Positions 36,958 through 45,210 of a DNA stretch of 64,000 bases are shown here, one piece after another. The stretch's first letter is position 1, and each line of letters begins with the position of its first letter. The DNA is from Polyangiaceae bacterium (lineage in GTDB: Bacteria; Myxococcota_A; Polyangia; Polyangiales; Polyangiaceae): contig JAYUUB010000002.1 of assembly GCA_043755175.1 (NCBI GenBank), positions 12,067 to 76,066 on the forward strand, given 5' to 3'. The notes beneath the pieces were generated by a model. That model worked only from the letters and a program-made list of their open reading frames with translations, did not search any database and was not told where the DNA came from. The position numbers and the translations under genes were made by a program.

Positions 36958-39137
36958 CCGCGACAAGGTAGCAGAGCGTCGGGCTCGTGCGCGCTCACGG
37001 CCCGCCCCTCGAATGCGGCGTCGAGAGCCGCGACGCGCGTCGGACCGTCGGGATCGAGCTTGGGGGTGAGATCGCGGATCATCGGATCGGAGGGGCCGAC
37101 GAACGCTCGAGGGATCGCCGCGAGGAGCAGAGCGAGAATGAAGAGCGGTCCGGCCCAAAGGAGGTCGTTTCGCCGCAGGTCGGGGAGAACGCCTCCGAAG
37201 GGCTCGAGATACTTGCTGGAACGCCAGGCGCGCGGTTGTGCGCCGAACACGACGCGCGCGGTGCGCGCTGCAGCGGCCACCGAAAGGAGCCAACCGAGCG
37301 TCCCGAGACCGGTCAGCCAGGGGTTGCGTCCGAGCGAGCCGAGCAGTCCGACCAGAGGCCCGATGACCCCCGGAAAGATGGGCGCTGCGAGCCCAATCGT
37401 GCCGAGCACCAGCGCCGCCGACAAGACTGGCGCGCTTCTACCGAGCCCCGACAAGCGCTCCAAATCGTGCGTTCCGACGTGAACCACCGCCATCTTCGTG
37501 GCGACGTAGAACAAGGACGCCACGACTGCGTGGGCGCTCACGAGACCGATGGCAGACTCGATGCCGTGTGGCGTCAGCGAGAACGCGAGAAGCAGAATGA
37601 GCCCACCGCGGGCCACCGCCAGGTGGGCTCCGAGTCGCACGATGTCACGCTCGACCAGCGCCCACGCCCCGCCGACCACGAGCAACGCGACGCCGATTGC
37701 TGGCAGGCTCTCTGCGCCCCACCGCGCCCCGTCGAGCTCGATCGAGAGACAGAGTCGCAAGATCGAGTAGCCCGAGAGCGCCGGAAGGAGCGCCCCGACG
37801 AGCACGGTCTTCGCCGGTGAAGATTCGGCGCCCTCGGAGGGGCTCCCGAGATCTTTGAGCCAGCCGTGAACGGGAACCAGTGGAAGAAACGCGGCGCACC
37901 CCAGGAACGAGAGGAGCCACGCCGCGCGATATCCGGGCAGGCCGATCATCGGTAGGAGATCGTTCACGAAGTGGGCGCGCGCAAGATCGGGAAAGGCATA
38001 GACCGCGGCGGCTTCGGAGCCATCGACGAGGTAGCAACCCCCCGTGTGGGTCGACATCCACCGAACGGCGACTGCGAGCGAGACGGTCGACGAGATGCCC
38101 ACGATGGCGAGCTTCGCGCTGGCCTTCTTCGACGAGTCCCAGGTGAGGTAGACCGCGCCGGCGATCGTGAATGCCCAACCGAGGAGGAGAAGCAGGCTCG
38201 TCTGCGCGACGAGGACGAGCACCGCTCCGCTCACGACGATCGCTGCGCCACCAATGGCTCGTCGCGCTCCGCCGAGGCGCGTGTCGGTCGTCAGGATCGC
38301 TGTGAGCCCGACGACCGTCGCCGCGAGCAACGCGGCGATCGAGAGCCCGTCGACCCCGAGGAACAGCTCGAGGCCGTTCCGACCGTCGAGGACCGAGCGC
38401 TCGATGAACTGGAGGCCGTCGTTGCCGTCGCGTTTTCCGAGCTCGCGATCGAAGCTCGCGAAGAGCCACGTGGCGAGGGCGCACTCGATGAACATGATCG
38501 CGCCGGCCGCGATTCGAAGGGTGCGATCGCCCAAAGACCGGACGAAACGCGATGAAAACGCGAGGAGTGCCACCAAGAACGGAATCATGACCAGGAGTGA
38601 GAGTGCGTGTCGCGCGAGCCCGAGGCGGCGTTGCGCGACGACCCCGATGAGCTTGGGCGCGTCGACCACCTTCGCGTCGGGTTGGGCTGCGTCGGAGTCG
38701 ACGACGAGCTCGGCGTAGAGCTCGCTCGCTCTCACGTCGGCCGAGTGCCACGTCACGAAGTACTTCCGCGATTGTCCTGGAGCGATCGACGAACGCGTGC
38801 CGCCTTCGGGCTGTGCGACGAGACCGCTCGGGCTGCGCGGATCGTCGTCGGCATCGAGAACGTAGACCCGATTGATCGTCAGAGGTCCCGGTCCGGAGTT
38901 GCGGACCTCGAACGCGCCAGTGTAGTCGCCGCCCTCACCGCGAAGGAGCCTCACGGGTTCGCCGATCGGGCTACGGACCTCGAGCTGGCCGCGCGGGCCC
39001 TTCGGGGGAACCGAGACCCGCTTCTCGACTTTGAAGCGCTCGGCCCCCATGTGCGCATGGGCGACGACGGGCGAGGCGACGAAGGCCATCAAGACGGCGA
39101 TGACGAAGAAAAGCGCACGCATGCCATTGTGCTTCAT
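36954..39137 (-). CDS. polytopic membrane protein: N-terminal secreted beta-rich domain plus a degenerate NuoM/ND4-like antiporter-type domain
   Basis: Signal peptide (ALFFVIAVLMAFVASPVVAHA) and an approx. 150-aa Ig-like segment (AFEVRNSGPGPLTINRVYV...IAPGQSRKYFVTW). By-eye NuoM-like blocks follow: LFLGVDGLSIAALLAATVVGL, LLLGWAFTIAG, LPLVPVHGWLKDLG and ERDIVRLGAHLAVARGG. Confidence 0.55.
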   Translation of the reverse strand: MKHNGMRALFFVIAVLMAFVASPVVAHAHMGAERFKVEKRVSVPPKGPRGQLEVRSPIGEPVRLLRGEGGDYTGAFEVRNSGPGPLTINRVYVLDADDDPRSPSGLVAQPEGGTRSSIAPGQSRKYFVTWHSADVRASELYAELVVDSDAAQPDAKVVDAPKLIGVVAQRRLGLARHALSLLVMIPFLVALLAFSSRFVRSLGDRTLRIAAGAIMFIECALATWLFASFDRELGKRDGNDGLQFIERSVLDGRNGLELFLGVDGLSIAALLAATVVGLTAILTTDTRLGGARRAIGGAAIVVSGAVLVLVAQTSLLLLLGWAFTIAGAVYLTWDSSKKASAKLAIVGISSTVSLAVAVRWMSTHTGGCYLVDGSEAAAVYAFPDLARAHFVNDLLPMIGLPGYRAAWLLSFLGCAAFLPLVPVHGWLKDLGSPSEGAESSPAKTVLVGALLPALSGYSILRLCLSIELDGARWGAESLPAIGVALLVVGGAWALVERDIVRLGAHLAVARGGLILLLAFSLTPHGIESAIGLVSAHAVVASLFYVATKMAVVHVGTHDLERLSGLGRSAPVLSAALVLGTIGLAAPIFPGVIGPLVGLLGSLGRNPWLTGLGTLGWLLSVAAAARTARVVFGAQPRAWRSSKYLEPFGGVLPDLRRNDLLWAGPLFILALLLAAIPRAFVGPSDPMIRDLTPKLDPDGPTRVAALDAAFEGRAVSAHEPDALLPCRG

Positions 39138-41455
39138 GCGTCGTCCTTCGGAGATGCGCTCGATCGTGACGCGAGCCGTGCGAGCAAGTCGAGTGGCGCG
39201 TCGAGGAGTTGCTCGAGCCCCAGGATCAACCGCGCGAGACTTCCAGGCGATCCGTCGTCTCGCACGCGGTTCTCACGCGGAGTCTTCGCTTCGCAGAACC
39301 ACTCGAGAGCACCGCGCCTGTCGCGTGCTGCCCAGTCGGCGGGCCTGCCCGACGAGTAGCGAGCGCGCGCCAGATGCCCGGCGATCGCAGCCGGAATCGC
39401 GAGCGCCGCAAACACGAGCACGCGCGCCGTGGTCGTTTGGCCGACGGGTTGTTCGAGCACGCCGAGCATGACGCCGACCAACGGGCCTGCGACGCACGCC
39501 GCGGTGGCGATCGCCGAGGCGGTTCGATCGGTCGGGGCCGACGAGCCCGGGGCCGCGAGGCTCGCGCCTCGAGCGCGCTGTGAGTCGGTCGAGCTCTTCT
39601 TGGCGCGTCCCTGGCCTTCGGCCGCGCTCTGCTTCGCCGTATTCTTGCCGGCCTGCGGAGTCGCAGCCAGTGGAGATTCGGTGAGATCGGTGGGAGATGC
39701 GACTGCATGCGAGACGCAAAAGTAAGCGCGATACACGGCGTGAGCGAGGGCTGCCCAAGCCGCCGCGGCGAGGAGCGCGATCGCCACACCGAGGGCGCCG
39801 CCACGCGCGAGAGCTGCGGCACCGATGGCTCCGACGCCGACGAAGACGCCGACAAAAGGAACGGGAGAGCCAGCTAGCGCCAAGACGGCGATCGCGAGCG
39901 ACGTTCCCTCGCCTACGCGAGAGCCTTCACCGAGGCCAGCGCCGATCTCGATCTGCGCGAGGGGCTCGAGCTCGTCGACGTCGTTGGTCGCACGTTCGAG
40001 AACGATCCCGATCGCCACGAGTGAAAACGCGGCGGCTACCGCGAGTGACATCGCACCGGCGGAAGCCGAAGAAGCGCTCGCGGCCAAGACGAGCGCGACG
40101 ACGGTGCGCGACGATTCGGCGACGAAGGTCGTGCTACGAAACGCACGGGCCGATCGCAGCGCAGCGAAGAGCGCGACGCCGAGAGCTAGCAGGGTCACCA
40201 CGCCCCCGAGGCTCGGGCTCGCAGCGAAGATCCCCGAGAGGCGTCCGCCGATGACCGCCGCGAGGATGGAGGTAAAGCCACCAGCGAACCCGACGACGCG
40301 CGGATCGTCGGTCATCGCTCCCGTGCGCCGCTCCCGCGCGGAGGAGCCGCCGAGCGCCATCACGAGCCCGAGACCTGCGAGCCCGAACGCGATGCAGGCG
40401 CCGTCGACGATGCGAAACGATCCGAGCTGCCTCTCGGCGAACGTGCTCGCGCTCGCATCGAGCTGACGGTCGATCTCGCGGAAGGTGATCGATGGACCCA
40501 CCGCTCGGACTTCGACCTCTTCGTTTGGCGGAAAGCGTACTTGCTGGATGAGCGCGATGTCCCTGGAATCGCCGCCGAGAATGGTGCCTCCGCCGGGGTC
40601 GATCGTCACCTTCTGAAGGCCGGCGGGAAGCTCGGCACGAACGAACGGCGCTATGGCGAACGGCTCGGTCCTCGGAGTGAGCTGCGAGTCGTTGGCGAGA
40701 CCGAGGTACACCTTCGCGCCCGGTCGTGTGAGCACCGTCAGGTAGCTCTTGTCGCCCACCTTCGGCGGGTGAACTCCGGCGACGTCTTTGGTCGCCGACT
40801 CGGTGGGCTCTTTGGAGCTCGCCTCGAACGGAGCTCGGTAGTCGGAAAGATATCGACGCCCGTCGAGGTAGCGCCCGCCCAACCCCCAGAACACCAACCC
40901 TGAACCGAGCGCGAGCATCAGCGCACCCGCGGTGATCGTACCCAAGGCTCGAGCGCCGGCCCGGGGCGATGTCGCACCGACGAGCACGGCGACGACGATT
41001 CCGAAGGCGGTCCAACCCGTGAGCAGGGTCGCGAATCCGTCGCCGAGCACCGACACCAGGAGCGCCGAGACCGCAAGGCCGATGCCCGCCTGTGAGGCCG
41101 GCGTGCGTCTGCGGAGCGAGGGAGTGAGCACCGAAAAGAGCCCGAGCACGAGGAGAGCGAACGCGAGCACCGCGCTCTTCGTGTCGAGCCAGAAGCCGAG
41201 GTTTGCGTCGAGCGATCCCACGCGCGCGAGGCGGAGCGCATGTGAAAACACGCGTTGGCCCGACAAGAGCGGTCGGCCGGCGATCGCCAGCGCGGCCATC
41301 GCAGCCACGATCGACGCTCCGACGACGCGGGCCGCGTTGGGGCCAGCCGTCTTCGACATGCCTGCGCCGCGCGCCGTGACGAGGCTCGCGAGTGCACCGA
41401 GCGCGACGAGCAGAGGGACCAGATAGAGCGGAATGGAGCTCAGGACCACGTTCAT
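39134..41455 (-). CDS. polytopic membrane protein: degenerate NuoL/ND5-like N-terminal region with an inserted PEGA-like soluble domain
   Basis: ATG 41455 overlaps the sigma-factor stop (ATGA). By-eye NuoL-like blocks are LGFWLDTKSAVLAFALLVLGLFSV and LLTGWTAFGIVVAVLVG (canonical GWEGVG). A soluble insert of about 150 aa carries SYLTVLTRPGAKVYLG...LTP...ELPAGLQKVTI. Further Ala/Gly-rich TM helices follow. Confidence 0.5.
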   Translation of the reverse strand: MNVVLSSIPLYLVPLLVALGALASLVTARGAGMSKTAGPNAARVVGASIVAAMAALAIAGRPLLSGQRVFSHALRLARVGSLDANLGFWLDTKSAVLAFALLVLGLFSVLTPSLRRRTPASQAGIGLAVSALLVSVLGDGFATLLTGWTAFGIVVAVLVGATSPRAGARALGTITAGALMLALGSGLVFWGLGGRYLDGRRYLSDYRAPFEASSKEPTESATKDVAGVHPPKVGDKSYLTVLTRPGAKVYLGLANDSQLTPRTEPFAIAPFVRAELPAGLQKVTIDPGGGTILGGDSRDIALIQQVRFPPNEEVEVRAVGPSITFREIDRQLDASASTFAERQLGSFRIVDGACIAFGLAGLGLVMALGGSSARERRTGAMTDDPRVVGFAGGFTSILAAVIGGRLSGIFAASPSLGGVVTLLALGVALFAALRSARAFRSTTFVAESSRTVVALVLAASASSASAGAMSLAVAAAFSLVAIGIVLERATNDVDELEPLAQIEIGAGLGEGSRVGEGTSLAIAVLALAGSPVPFVGVFVGVGAIGAAALARGGALGVAIALLAAAAWAALAHAVYRAYFCVSHAVASPTDLTESPLAATPQAGKNTAKQSAAEGQGRAKKSSTDSQRARGASLAAPGSSAPTDRTASAIATAACVAGPLVGVMLGVLEQPVGQTTTARVLVFAALAIPAAIAGHLARARYSSGRPADWAARDRRGALEWFCEAKTPRENRVRDDGSPGSLARLILGLEQLLDAPLDLLARLASRSSASPKDDA

Positions 41456-42138
41456 GCGAGCGACTTTTTCTCCATCTCCGCGCTTGAGGCTCGTGGCTCG
41501 TTCGCTTGGTCGGTCGGTGTCGAGCTCTCGCTTCGTTGTGCGCCGCCCCCCCATCCCCGGTCGGTGAGGCAACTCCGAAGCGCGTGGATCGCGCGAGCGG
41601 CTCGGGATTTGATCGTTCCGAGGGGCACGCCGTCCCGCTCTGCCATCTCCGGGTACGACAGCCCTTCGAAGAAAGCGATGATCAACGTGTCACGCTGCGC
41701 CTTCGGTAGAATATTCATCGCATCGCGCACGGCTTTGCGTTCGCGCTCGAGCGTGAGGCGCGTCTCGGGATCGTCGACGGCGATGCCGAGCGCCTCGACC
41801 TCTGGTCGAAGATCGTTGTCGGCGATTTGGGCGCGGCGGGTGCGCCTGCGCGTTCGATCGAGCGAGAGGTTGCGAACGGTGGTGAGGAGCCAGGCGGCGA
41901 CGGTGCCGCGCTCGGCCTGGTACTGATGCGCGCGCTCGACGACGGCCATGAACGCGTCGTGAACGATGTCTTCGGCCTCTTCGGCGTCACGGACGATCTT
42001 CAGCGCGAGCCCGAGCGCCGTCTTGGCATACCGATCGTACAGGTCTCCGACCGCCGTGGCGTCACCGCTACGAAGCCTCTCGAGCGCAGCGATGTCGGCA
42101 TCGTCTCGCTCAGCCCTGTTGTCGTCCCCAAGGACCAT
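41452..42138 (-). CDS. ECF-type RNA polymerase sigma-70 family factor
   Basis: Region 2 (DAEEAEDIVHDAFMAV...AWLLTTVRNLSLDRTRRR) and region 4 (LPKAQRDTLIIAFFEGLSYPEMAERDGVPLGTIKSRAARAIHALR). Start ATG 42138 is preferred. Confidence 0.9.
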   Translation of the reverse strand: MVLGDDNRAERDDADIAALERLRSGDATAVGDLYDRYAKTALGLALKIVRDAEEAEDIVHDAFMAVVERAHQYQAERGTVAAWLLTTVRNLSLDRTRRRTRRAQIADNDLRPEVEALGIAVDDPETRLTLERERKAVRDAMNILPKAQRDTLIIAFFEGLSYPEMAERDGVPLGTIKSRAARAIHALRSCLTDRGWGGGAQRSESSTPTDQANEPRASSAEMEKKSLA

Positions 42139-42220
42139 GGTCGGTCTGCCCCCGTGGCGCTCACACCACAAGGTCGCGGGTTATGCCGGGTTTCCTGGTC
42201 GGCGGCTAGCCCCGCGGGCT

Positions 42221-43015
42221 TTACGCATCGGGGGTCGTGCTCGTTTCGGTCATCGGCGCGACGAGAGCTTGCGGTTCCGACGGACCGTCGGTCGGGACGA
42301 CGCCGATCGCGCTCTTTCTGAGAGCGCGCCACACGGCGCCTCTTCCGTCACCCGTCACGGCCGAATAGCCGATGACGCCGCGGCCTACGTCTCTCTTCAA
42401 CCGGTCGAGCACCAACCGCTCTTGAGACCGCGGGACTTTGTCGAGCTTGGTCGCCACGAGCACCACCGAGAGCGGTCTCAGAGTCCGCTCGCGCGGAGCC
42501 AGGGCGAACTCGACCAGCTCGAGATCGTCTTCCTCGAGACCGCGGCGCGCATCGAAGAGAACCACGATCGTCGCCAAGGACGCACGTGTTCGAAGGTAGC
42601 CCTCGATGAGCTCTGCCCACTGCTTGCGCTCGTCTTTCGAACGTTTGGCGAAGCCGTAGCCCGGAAGATCGGCGAGGACCAAAGCGAGTCCGTCTCTCGC
42701 GCGAATTTCGAACAGATTCACCTGCCGCGTACATCCGGGGGTCGAGCTCGTTCGCACGAGCCCGCGTCGCTCGACGAGCGAGTTGATCAGGCTCGATTTG
42801 CCGACGTTCGAGCGGCCACAAAAAGCGATCTCGGTGTAGGTGGGCGGCGGCAGCGAGCCTCCACCGATGCCGACCGCAGCGATGAACTTGGCGTCGACGA
42901 TTTGCAGTCCTTCCTCGCCGACGACGATGGGCGTCGAGGCGCCGGGCTTCGCTCCTCCGCCACCCGACTGTGGGGCCGCCGTCTTCTTGGGGTGGTTGTG
43001 CTTCGCAGCGCTCAC
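42221..43015 (-). CDS. engB: ribosome-biogenesis GTPase EngB/YihA
   Basis: G1 GRSNVGKSSLINSL, G3 DLPGYG and G4 ATKLDK. The GTG start at 43015 overlaps the upstream stop (GTGA). It has basic/Gly-rich N-terminal and extra C-terminal extensions. Confidence 0.85.
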   Translation of the reverse strand: MSAAKHNHPKKTAAPQSGGGGAKPGASTPIVVGEEGLQIVDAKFIAAVGIGGGSLPPPTYTEIAFCGRSNVGKSSLINSLVERRGLVRTSSTPGCTRQVNLFEIRARDGLALVLADLPGYGFAKRSKDERKQWAELIEGYLRTRASLATIVVLFDARRGLEEDDLELVEFALAPRERTLRPLSVVLVATKLDKVPRSQERLVLDRLKRDVGRGVIGYSAVTGDGRGAVWRALRKSAIGVVPTDGPSEPQALVAPMTETSTTPDA

Positions 43016-43374
43016 TTGATCTCCTCTTCGGCGCGGGCCGTGACCTCGAAGTGAGGCTTGCAGCGTTCGCACTGACAGAGCGCTCGCAGATACCTGAACG
43101 AGTAGATACCCGTCGAATGGCTGTCGCCCCACGCGAAAGAGAGGCCGTAGTTTCCGACGCGCTCGATCTGGCGAAGCTCGAGAGGCAGCGAGCCCGTGAC
43201 GTCGACACGACGGATCGTCCCGCCGTGACCCTGGCAATGGGCGCATGGGCAGTAGCCGCGGAGGACATCGTGCGGCAGCACCGAGTGATGTCCGTCTGCC
43301 CAGGTGATCTCCATGACCATCGCACCGTGCGGGGCCTTGACGCCGGTGGGCGTGATGCTCGGCTCGTTCGCCAT
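43012..43374 (-). CDS. DUF971-family small protein (gamma-butyrobetaine-hydroxylase-like N-terminal domain)
   Basis: 120 aa with ITWADGHHSVLPHDVLRGYCPCAHCQGH...FAWGDSHSTGIYSFRYLRALC, the DUF971 pattern. Confidence 0.7.
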   Translation of the reverse strand: MANEPSITPTGVKAPHGAMVMEITWADGHHSVLPHDVLRGYCPCAHCQGHGGTIRRVDVTGSLPLELRQIERVGNYGLSFAWGDSHSTGIYSFRYLRALCQCERCKPHFEVTARAEEEIK

Positions 43375-43519
43375 GGCCGGGACCTTACCACGGGCCCTCG
43401 ATTCAGGCTTTGAAGCGCCACCGAAGACTTTCTGCGCCGCTCTCGGAACGCGTATACTTTCCTTGGGTGATCGAGGCGCTCTGCTGCGCTCGGCTTTTCA
43501 CGACGACTACGAGGTCACG

Positions 43520-44032
43520 ATGAGCAGCTCTGCGCGTCCGTCGGATTTGGCCTTTCTGTCGGTCGCGGCCGCGGTGACGGCCTGCGCGATGAGCTGCGCA
43601 CAAGGATCGAGCGACGTCATCGGAAGCGGTGGCTCCGGCGGCGCTTCGACCGGGCCTTCGACCACGGCGCAGAAGGGCGCGGCGACGACGGGGCCGTCGA
43701 CCACCGGCCCTTCGACGGGCGCGGTGACGAGCGGACCATCGACGACCGTCACGAGCGGTCCCTCGGGATCGACCGTGAGCTCGACGAGCGTGGTCTCTTC
43801 GTCGGCCGTGGCTTCATCGTCGAGCGGCGGCGGCACCTGTCACGATCCGTGCACCGTCGGCACGGCGCTGACACCCCTCGCGTGCCTCACGGCTCTCGCG
43901 ACGGAGCTTTGCGCGCAAGACGTCTGCGGTAACACCGGATTGGAGTACTGTTGCACGAGCAACTGGGATGCTGGCTGCGTGGCGGGCGCCGGCAACTCCA
44001 CCACGTGTCTCCTCGGCGGGTTCTTTTGCTGA
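43520..44032 (+). CDS. secreted or lipoprotein-like Ser/Thr/Gly-rich protein with a Cys-rich C-terminal module
   Basis: ATG 43520. N-terminus FLSVAAAVTACAMSC, then about 90 aa of GPSTT-type low complexity, then 10 Cys in the last approx. 65 aa (CHDPC...CAQDVCGNTGLEYCCTSNWDAGCV...C...C). Confidence 0.6.
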   Translation: MSSSARPSDLAFLSVAAAVTACAMSCAQGSSDVIGSGGSGGASTGPSTTAQKGAATTGPSTTGPSTGAVTSGPSTTVTSGPSGSTVSSTSVVSSSAVASSSSGGGTCHDPCTVGTALTPLACLTALATELCAQDVCGNTGLEYCCTSNWDAGCVAGAGNSTTCLLGGFFC

Positions 44033-44076
44033 GCCTTCACGAAAGCTCACATCGTCGACGGGGCGTTTTCTTCTGA

Positions 44077-45210
44077 ATGAGGCGTTTTCGCCTGATCTTG
44101 TTCGTGACGTCGGGCCTCGCTCAAGGCCCTTTCGTCGTCCTCGTCGCGTTCGTTCTGCGTGCGTTCTCGAACGCCTGGGTCTCGTGGACCGTCGCGGTGC
44201 TCCTGGGTGCGGTAGCCCTGTGGCTTCTTCGCGGACGGGTCGCCGTCGTCTTCGACGATCGGCCCGTCTCCGCTCCGCGCCGCCTCCTCGAGCGCGTTTA
44301 CTACACGCATTGGGGAGCATCGATCGCGGCGCTGCCACTCAGCTTCGTGCTCGTGCCGATCGGGCTCGTGGCGGGTACCGGCATCGCTTCGGGCGCCATC
44401 GCCGCGTATGCGCTCTCTCTCGGGGTCGCGATGTATGCCGTGTTCGTGCGGCCCGTTTGGGTGCGCGTTCGAGAGCTCGAGGTGGAAGTGACGGGCCTAC
44501 CCGACGCCTTCGACGGCTACCGAATCGCGCATCTCTCCGACCTCCACGTAGGCTCGCTCTGCCCCCCGGAACGAGCGCGACGTTGGGTACGGACGACCAA
44601 CGCGCTCGCCGTCGACGCGGTGGCCCTCACGGGCGACTACGTCACCAGCGGAACCCGATTTCACGAGGTCACTGCCCACGTCTTGGGTGAGCTCCGGGCG
44701 ACCGACGGAGTGTTTGCCGTGCTCGGCAACCACGACGACTACGGCAAAGGCGAGCCCCTCCGCACCGAGATGCGGTCCGTGGGGATCAAGCTTCTCTTGA
44801 ACGAGCGGACGACGGTCGAACGCGCCGGATCGCGTCTCACGATCGCGGGTGTCGACGACACGTACACGCGCCGAGCCGACGTCGACGTCACCATGGCCGA
44901 TCTGGGTTCATCCGAGGTCGTGATCGCGCTCGCTCACGATCCGTCGCTGTTCCCCAAGCTCGCAGATCGCGGCGCAGCCCTCGTCCTGTCAGGGCACACG
45001 CACTGGGGTCAGGTCGCGCTCCCGTTCTTCGAAGAGCGCGTGAATCTGGCGGCGCGCTTCTATCGCTACCACGCCGGCATTTACCGGCGCGAGGCGTCGG
45101 TCCTCTACATCCATCCTGGGCTCGGAACCACCGGCCCCCCGCTTCGGTTCGGGGTCGCTCCCGAGATCACCGTCCTCAAGCTTCGTGCGCTGCGGGCCGC
45201 TACTCGATGA
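44077..45210 (+). CDS. membrane-associated metallophosphoesterase (calcineurin-like)
   Basis: N-terminal TM helices followed by HLSDLHVG, LTGDYV, LGNHD and SGHTHWGQ motifs. Confidence 0.85.
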   Translation: MRRFRLILFVTSGLAQGPFVVLVAFVLRAFSNAWVSWTVAVLLGAVALWLLRGRVAVVFDDRPVSAPRRLLERVYYTHWGASIAALPLSFVLVPIGLVAGTGIASGAIAAYALSLGVAMYAVFVRPVWVRVRELEVEVTGLPDAFDGYRIAHLSDLHVGSLCPPERARRWVRTTNALAVDAVALTGDYVTSGTRFHEVTAHVLGELRATDGVFAVLGNHDDYGKGEPLRTEMRSVGIKLLLNERTTVERAGSRLTIAGVDDTYTRRADVDVTMADLGSSEVVIALAHDPSLFPKLADRGAALVLSGHTHWGQVALPFFEERVNLAARFYRYHAGIYRREASVLYIHPGLGTTGPPLRFGVAPEITVLKLRALRAATR

